Positions 58,744 to 64,000 of a DNA stretch of 64,000 bases are shown here, piece by piece (position 1 is the first letter of the stretch; each line of letters begins with the position of its first letter). Made by a program: the position numbers and the translations under genes. The stretch is from Pyrinomonadaceae bacterium (GTDB taxonomy: Bacteria; Acidobacteriota; Blastocatellia; Pyrinomonadales; Pyrinomonadaceae), in NCBI GenBank assembly GCA_046313635.1, contig JBKBYA010000005.1, positions 61,483 to 125,482 on the forward strand, read 5' to 3'. The notes beneath the pieces were generated by a model. The model was not told the origin of the DNA and did no database searches. It saw only the letters and a program-made list of their open reading frames with translations.

Positions 58744-60228
58744 CTAGCGCAGCGTCAGACTGCCGACGTTGGTATCGCTGATCGCCTGGTCATTTACGCT
58801 GACTATCCGGAGCCGAGCCCGCCGTGTCGGGCCCCCGCCGACCGAGATGCTCTCGGCCCCGTCGTTTGGCGTGCTCGCGACTAGCGTCTCCCAGGTAACT
58901 CCCTCGTCGCGCGACAGCTCGATCCTGACGTTGCCGTTCACGTTGTCCGACGTCCAGGCGACGGTACGCCATATTCGACGAGGCAGCGCGTCGGCCCCGG
59001 CAAAGGTCGTCAGCGTGATGCTCGCGCCGCTGTAGCGGTAGTTCGCCATCACGTCGGCGGTATTGTCCATCGAACGCGCGTTGTCGCGTTCGTTGTGAAT
59101 GCCGGTGGCATATCCGCTGAATGTGACCGCGGGATTGGAAAAATAAGGTCGGCGCGTGCAGCCGCTCGGGCACGGGTCGGAATACGACATCACCGTGCGA
59201 AAGACACCGTTAACGTAATGACCGTATCCGTACGGGTATATCGCCGTGCCGCCATTCTCGGGGTTGTGATGGCTGCCCATGTTGTGCCCGAGCTCGTGTG
59301 CGAACGACAGATTGCCGACGGCACAGCTTCGGGCCGTGACCGTATAACCCGACTCGGAGGCTCCCGCCGTACCCGCGATGTAGCCGATGCCGCACACGCC
59401 GGTGACTTCGCCGATCATCGCGACGAGGTCCGCCTTGTGGGTATTCCTCAACGCCTGGATCGTCGCATTTGCCCGAAGGTTTGAAAGGTCCGTACTGGCA
59501 TTGCCGCTCTCGACATACATATGCTCGGCGGCGTGGACCATCCGTATCCGCTGACGCATACGGCTGTTGGCGTAAGCAAGATTTGCCGCGTCGACGGCCT
59601 GCTGGGCGAGCGCCTGGGCCTGAGCGTCGCCGCCGACAAAATTCTTGGTCGCGGTCGTATAGACCACAAGCACGTCGATCCGATCTCCGGAATCGACGCC
59701 GGCCGCAGCAGCGGCGCCGGACGCGGCCGGAAGGCCCTGCTTCGCCGCCGCGAGGCCGCCGCCGCATTCCGGATAAAGCCGCTGATCGACCTCAACGAGA
59801 AAGTGCCTGCCGCCGCGCGGGACGATCTCGTAAACGGCGTCGCCGGCCTGGATCAGACCCGAGACGTGACCCTTGCGAAACGTCAGCGACACGTCGCCGC
59901 CAAACTTGTCGGTCGTGAGCCGCCCGGTCCAGGTGTAATCGTCCATCGCGCGGGTCTCGACGTAATTGCGCGACGCGAGATGAATACTGCCGTCAAAGAG
60001 CGGAACGGCGATCAGGCGGCCGGACTCTCCCGCAATATTTGCGCCGCTGAATTCGATCTCGGCTTCCTGTACCGACGCGATCGAAGATCTGCTCTCCAGG
60101 TTCGGAGCGGCCGCCGTTTTGAGCACGAACAGGCTCTCTGGCACCGACCCGGCCGATTGAGCCGCAGCCGACGATGCAGAAAGCGTCATGGCGACCGATA
60201 GAAAGAGCGCGGACAAAAAACTCTTCAT
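58744..60228 (-). CDS. Secreted reprolysin-like (M12-type metzincin) peptidase
   Basis: Signal peptide, IDVLVVYT, HELGHNMGSHH, Met-turn TVMSY, FSNP. Confidence 0.9.
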   Translation of the reverse strand: MKSFLSALFLSVAMTLSASSAAAQSAGSVPESLFVLKTAAAPNLESRSSIASVQEAEIEFSGANIAGESGRLIAVPLFDGSIHLASRNYVETRAMDDYTWTGRLTTDKFGGDVSLTFRKGHVSGLIQAGDAVYEIVPRGGRHFLVEVDQRLYPECGGGLAAAKQGLPAASGAAAAAGVDSGDRIDVLVVYTTATKNFVGGDAQAQALAQQAVDAANLAYANSRMRQRIRMVHAAEHMYVESGNASTDLSNLRANATIQALRNTHKADLVAMIGEVTGVCGIGYIAGTAGASESGYTVTARSCAVGNLSFAHELGHNMGSHHNPENGGTAIYPYGYGHYVNGVFRTVMSYSDPCPSGCTRRPYFSNPAVTFSGYATGIHNERDNARSMDNTADVMANYRYSGASITLTTFAGADALPRRIWRTVAWTSDNVNGNVRIELSRDEGVTWETLVASTPNDGAESISVGGGPTRRARLRIVSVNDQAISDTNVGSLTLR

Positions 60229-61586
60229 ACTTTCTCCTCGATAACGAATGTCGGCACCATCCCGCCGCCGGCGGTGACGTTGGCCAGCTCCGACGACGAC
60301 AGCCGCGTAAAGGCCGAGCCGACGACGCCGTTAAAGAGCAGCGGGTCGAGATCGACAAGCTGCTCGGCCATAAGGACCTCGCCCGCGCCGCCGACCAGCA
60401 TCGGGAAGGGTTCTTTTGCCGTCTTGACGCGCTCCTGTACAAGATAATCGCCGGTCTTGAGCGCGTGCTCGACGGCGTCGTCCCACTCTGCCGAACTCAA
60501 GCTCCAGCCGATATGGATGCCGTGGCCGCCGTAATCGTCGTTTGGCTTGAGCACGAGCTTGTGCGAATTCTGCCGCGTCCATTCGACGAGATCTATTCGG
60601 GCGCCGGCGTATGTCGTCGCTCGCTCGACGAAGCTGCGCGTCCACGGCACATGCCGGGCGATCGCCGAGAGCTCGTCATCCGAAAACAAACTTGCATACC
60701 GCTCGTCGGTCAGCACCGAAAAGACCGCCTTCTTATGTATCAGCTTGCTGCGAAAGCTGTTGACCATGCAGACCGCTCCGGCGCGATACGCGTCAAGCAG
60801 CGCCGGATATTCGGCCATGATCGGCAGATATTCGTTGACGAGCAGGCGCTTGTAAACGATGTCGATATCCACGCCGCGAAACGACAATCTCTTACCGTCA
60901 AATTCCAGCTCCTGCGGCGTCGCGATGACCGAAGTGTAGCCGGCCGCTTCAAAGAACTCGCGGAACAGCTCAAACTCGGCCTGCGTCGGCAGCCCCGCGA
61001 GATCGACGATCGCGATCGTCGGCGGCTCGTCAGGCTCGCTGCCGCCCATAAACTCCAGATAACAGTCGAGCAGCACGGCGAGCATCTTTGAGCGCCCCTC
61101 GAAGGCCCGCAGCTCGTACCGCTCGGCAAACCGCTTCATCAGCGGCATTTCGAGAAAGATCTTGCTCGCCGAGTCGGCGTAAGCGATGCCCGCCGGACTT
61201 TCGCCGTTGAGCTCGACATAGCTGAAAGCTTCGCCCGTCAGGAACGAATCGAGCCGTGCCGTCGGTGAGACCATCGAGTAGCCGGGATCGATCTTTACAA
61301 GCTCGCGTTCGGTCTCGGTGATGCCGAGCTCGTCGAGCAGCGACTCGTCCTCGACTGCGGCATCCTTTACCTTTTGCAGCGCGCTCCAGACGGTCTCGGA
61401 GGCGGCCGTCACACGCGCCCAGTCGGCGGCCGAGACAAAGTGCGGGCGCAGATACGGCGACAGGCGGCGACCGCCAAAGATCAGCCGCGCCCGCTCGAGC
61501 CCGCTGTCGAGCGTCTCGAACGACGTACGCACAAGCTCGTCGTCGTCGAGCAGGCTGTGATAATGATCGACCGCGTCTTTGATCAT
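60225..61586 (-). CDS. Circularly permuted ATP-grasp protein (glutathionylspermidine-synthase-like fold)
   Basis: RLDSF, VELNGESPAG, VLKPNDDYGGHG, LVQE, NVTAGGG. Confidence 0.8.
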   Translation of the reverse strand: MIKDAVDHYHSLLDDDELVRTSFETLDSGLERARLIFGGRRLSPYLRPHFVSAADWARVTAASETVWSALQKVKDAAVEDESLLDELGITETERELVKIDPGYSMVSPTARLDSFLTGEAFSYVELNGESPAGIAYADSASKIFLEMPLMKRFAERYELRAFEGRSKMLAVLLDCYLEFMGGSEPDEPPTIAIVDLAGLPTQAEFELFREFFEAAGYTSVIATPQELEFDGKRLSFRGVDIDIVYKRLLVNEYLPIMAEYPALLDAYRAGAVCMVNSFRSKLIHKKAVFSVLTDERYASLFSDDELSAIARHVPWTRSFVERATTYAGARIDLVEWTRQNSHKLVLKPNDDYGGHGIHIGWSLSSAEWDDAVEHALKTGDYLVQERVKTAKEPFPMLVGGAGEVLMAEQLVDLDPLLFNGVVGSAFTRLSSSELANVTAGGGMVPTFVIEEKV

Positions 61587-61613
61587 CGTGATCCTTGACC
61601 TCTCGGGCTCTGT

Positions 61614-62012
61614 CTATTTTGCCATCACGATCAGCTGATCGTACTCGTCCCTGGTGAGCGGCAGCACAGAGAGCCGCGAGTTTTTGACGAGCGCGATATC
61701 TTTGAGCGACGGCGTCGATCTGATCTCGGCGAGCGTAACGGGCCGCTTGAGCTTTTTGCCGGCCGTCAGCTCGACCGCGACCCACGCTTCGTCGGTCGGG
61801 TCAGGAAAGTGCGCTTTCGAGACCTTGGCGTGGCCGACGACCTGCTTTTCGTCGCCCGAATGATAAAAGAGCACCTTGTCGCCCTTTTTCATCGCCAACA
61901 GATTGTTACGTGCCTGGTAATTGCGCACGCCCGTCCAATCCGTCTTCCCGTCCCTTATAAAATCGTCAAACGAATAAGACCCAGGCTCTTGCTTGACCAT
62001 CCAGTAGTTCAT
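61614..62012 (-). CDS. EVE domain protein
   Basis: YWMVKQEP, WTGVRNYQARN, FYHS, RLSV. Confidence 0.95.
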   Translation of the reverse strand: MNYWMVKQEPGSYSFDDFIRDGKTDWTGVRNYQARNNLLAMKKGDKVLFYHSGDEKQVVGHAKVSKAHFPDPTDEAWVAVELTAGKKLKRPVTLAEIRSTPSLKDIALVKNSRLSVLPLTRDEYDQLIVMAK

Positions 62013-62019
62013 ATGAGCG

Positions 62020-62054
62020 TGAATTGTGAATCGTAAATGGTAAATAGTACATCG
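62020..62054 (+). repeat. Heptamer tandem array, left arm
   Basis: TGAATTG TGAATCG TAAATGG TAAATAG TACATCG. Confidence 0.85.
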
Positions 62055-62110
62055 CCGAAAGCTCGTCGTCGCACGATATTCTATCTCTCGCGACCTGGTC
62101 GGCCTTGGAA

Positions 62111-62482
62111 TCAAGTGGGATCGGTCGAACGGGCCTTCAGGTACGAGCTGAGCCCCGTGATCATGCGTCCGATCTCATCCAGGGCAATAGTCAGCTCGCC
62201 AAATTCCGCCTCGGACAAATAGTTCAGCCGCCTCGCAATTATCAGCTCCGTCTCAACCTCGCTCGCCGAGCCCTGCGCGATAGAGAGAAAATTCACAAAT
62301 TCCCTGGATGATTTCCGCGCCGCTCCCTCTGCGATATTGGCGGCGATCGACACCGCGGCTCGTCGGAGTTGGCTTGTCAATCCAGATCTCTCGTCACGCG
62401 GAAAGCCGTCGGTACATCGATATATCGCCACGCTGACGTCGACAGCCTTTTTCCAAACGTCGAGCTGATGATGTGGCCGCAT
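62111..62482 (-). CDS. Four helix bundle protein (23S rRNA IVS protein-like)
   Basis: LDVWKKA, FPRDE, LTSQLRRAAVSIAANIAEG, IAQGSASEVET. Confidence 0.93.
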   Translation of the reverse strand: MRPHHQLDVWKKAVDVSVAIYRCTDGFPRDERSGLTSQLRRAAVSIAANIAEGAARKSSREFVNFLSIAQGSASEVETELIIARRLNYLSEAEFGELTIALDEIGRMITGLSSYLKARSTDPT

Positions 62483-62517
62483 CTATTGACTATTTACCAT
62501 TGACGATTGGCTACTTA
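62483..62517 (-). repeat. Heptamer tandem array, right arm (inverted relative to the left arm)
   Basis: Minus strand TAAGTAG CCAATCG TCAATGG TAAATAG TCAATAG, directly before the ATG. Confidence 0.85.
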
Positions 62518-63101
62518 CCCTTCTGCGCTTCCGACGCTTTCTTGTTCAGCCATTTGGCCCAGCGTTCAAGGGTCGGGCGGAACGGCTTGAAGAGCCGGGC
62601 GCGGAAGCCGTTGTTCTGGTTGGCGGCGGCCCAGGCCTTCAGGTTCTTTTCGGCGTACTGGCGGATCTGCGGCTCGAGATTCTGCTTCTTTACCGAATGC
62701 CGTAGCGTCAGGTAATAGTGCTGGCCGACAAGCGAAAAGATAAGTCCCGCGAGATTGCCCTTGAAAGCGCTCTTGGCCATCATACGCTTGCCCCAGCCCT
62801 CGGTCGGCTGCAGCAGAGCGCCCATCGAGACCTCGGCCCACGGGGCCTGATTGCCGGCCCGCGGATGATACAGCCCGGGCAGGTCGCCCTTGACGGGCAC
62901 GTCCATCTTTTGAATGCGGGGATCGTTGATAAAGTCGACGAGGCGGATCTTTTCGAGACCGCGTACGTGCTCGGTCGGGAGCGAGTCGATGACCTTAATT
63001 ATGGTCGCCTCGGTGTCTTTGGGCAGCTCGATGGTTGATTGGTTCTCGACTCGGACCTTTGTGATCTTTGCGGCCTTTTGGCCTGCGGTTTCGATAGGCA
63101 T
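62511..63101 (-). CDS. Hypothetical protein
   Basis: 196-aa ORF with normal composition; first gene of the minus-strand run, divergent from lpxC. Confidence 0.75.
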   Translation of the reverse strand: MPIETAGQKAAKITKVRVENQSTIELPKDTEATIIKVIDSLPTEHVRGLEKIRLVDFINDPRIQKMDVPVKGDLPGLYHPRAGNQAPWAEVSMGALLQPTEGWGKRMMAKSAFKGNLAGLIFSLVGQHYYLTLRHSVKKQNLEPQIRQYAEKNLKAWAAANQNNGFRARLFKPFRPTLERWAKWLNKKASEAQKGK

Positions 63102-63284
63102 AACTTGTTGACTCGCCTAAATTCTAATGTCTGCCCCGCGAATAGTAAATTGCGGTCGGCTGTTGCGCGGCAACGACATCAGGTGCCGCGACGCAACAGT
63201 GGTGTCGGGCGAACGGCCGCCTTTTCGCGGTTTCTGCGGCAACGTCGGTCGGCACGCCGGTTGTATCGCCGGAGGGCGATAACA

Positions 63285-64000
63285 ATGGACCAGACCACCA
63301 TCGCACGACCGATCGAATTCAGCGGCGTCGGCCTCCATACGGGAGTACCGGTGAACGTCGCGCTGAGGCCCGCACCGGTCGACACCGGGTACGTTTTTAT
63401 ACGCACGGACCTCGACAACTTTGAGCTGCCCGCGTCGGTCGAGTACATCTCGCACTGCAGCTACGCGACCACGCTGATGCGTAACGGCGTCGTGTTATCG
63501 ACCTGCGAACATCTGCTGGCGGCGCTGCGCGGCTCGGGCGTCGATAACTGCTGGATCGAGATCGACAATATGGAGGTTCCGATCCTCGACGGCTCGAGCG
63601 AGAATTTTGTCGAGCATATCGAGGCTGCCGGCATCGCGTCTCAGAACGAGCCGCGCCGCAGCCTGCGGATACTAAAAGAGGTCGAGGTTGACCTCGGCGA
63701 CCGGCGGATGTCGATATCGCCATCGGACCGTTTTGAGATCGAGTGCGTGATCGAGTTTCCGCATCCGCTCATTCGACGGCAGTCCCGAACGTTCGTGCTC
63801 GATAACGGGTCGTTCGGCCGCGAGATCGCGTCAGCCCGTACATTCGGCTTCACGCACGAGATCGAAATGCTGCGCAAAGCCAACCTCGCTCGCGGCGGGT
63901 CGCTCGACAACGCCATCGTGCTGACCGACGACGGCATGCTCAATCAGGACCCGCTGCGGTTCGAGGACGAGTTCGTCCGGCATAAGATCCTCGACATCAC
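63285..64000 (+). CDS. lpxC: UDP-3-O-acyl-N-acetylglucosamine deacetylase (runs off the window end)
   Basis: Translated by hand: MDQTTI..GVGLHTG, STCEHLL, EVPILDGS, ARTFGF, GGSLDNA, RHKILD. Confidence 0.95.
   Translation, partial: MDQTTIARPIEFSGVGLHTGVPVNVALRPAPVDTGYVFIRTDLDNFELPASVEYISHCSYATTLMRNGVVLSTCEHLLAALRGSGVDNCWIEIDNMEVPILDGSSENFVEHIEAAGIASQNEPRRSLRILKEVEVDLGDRRMSISPSDRFEIECVIEFPHPLIRRQSRTFVLDNGSFGREIASARTFGFTHEIEMLRKANLARGGSLDNAIVLTDDGMLNQDPLRFEDEFVRHKILDI

Noticed and set aside
44222..62482. Four-helix-bundle genes as Avd of a diversity-generating retroelement
   Set aside because: No reverse transcriptase and no template/variable repeat pair seen in the window.

Overview
GC-rich bacterial chromosomal segment. 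Gene content and protein style suggest Acidobacteriota, probably Blastocatellia/Pyrinomonadaceae (inference only). It is mostly housekeeping and metabolic genes (thpR, mltG, two cyclophilins, dtd, acnA, ggt, fur, bamD, rpe, rsmB, trhO, fmt, def, P5C dehydrogenase, ppa, lpxC), two tRNAs (Arg-CCG, Glu-CTC), many secreted peptidases (C25, M48, M28, M4, M12-like) and scattered AtuA/acyl-CoA genes. No integrase, transposase, prophage or CRISPR array was seen. The most notable signals are absent from the ORF annotation. (1) A tandem pair of ~120-nt minus-strand candidate small RNA genes at 54937-55305, each with its own TTGACC/TATnnT promoter, three hairpins and a U-tail; three hairpins with different stems carry the same AAUGGGGG loop. 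(2) Two four-helix-bundle genes tied to AT-rich 7-nt-period repeats: one is enclosed by a 19/20 inverted repeat, the other is preceded by an 83-bp-offset duplicate of its own leader that encodes a 13-aa mini-ORF. (3) Two different REP-like palindromes sit in-frame inside enzyme genes. (4) A solitary BrxC/DUF6079-like P-loop ATPase has no BREX partners. (5) A C-terminal SVTExTTRxL motif recurs in three ORFs. All calls come from reading motifs by eye; no database search was run.
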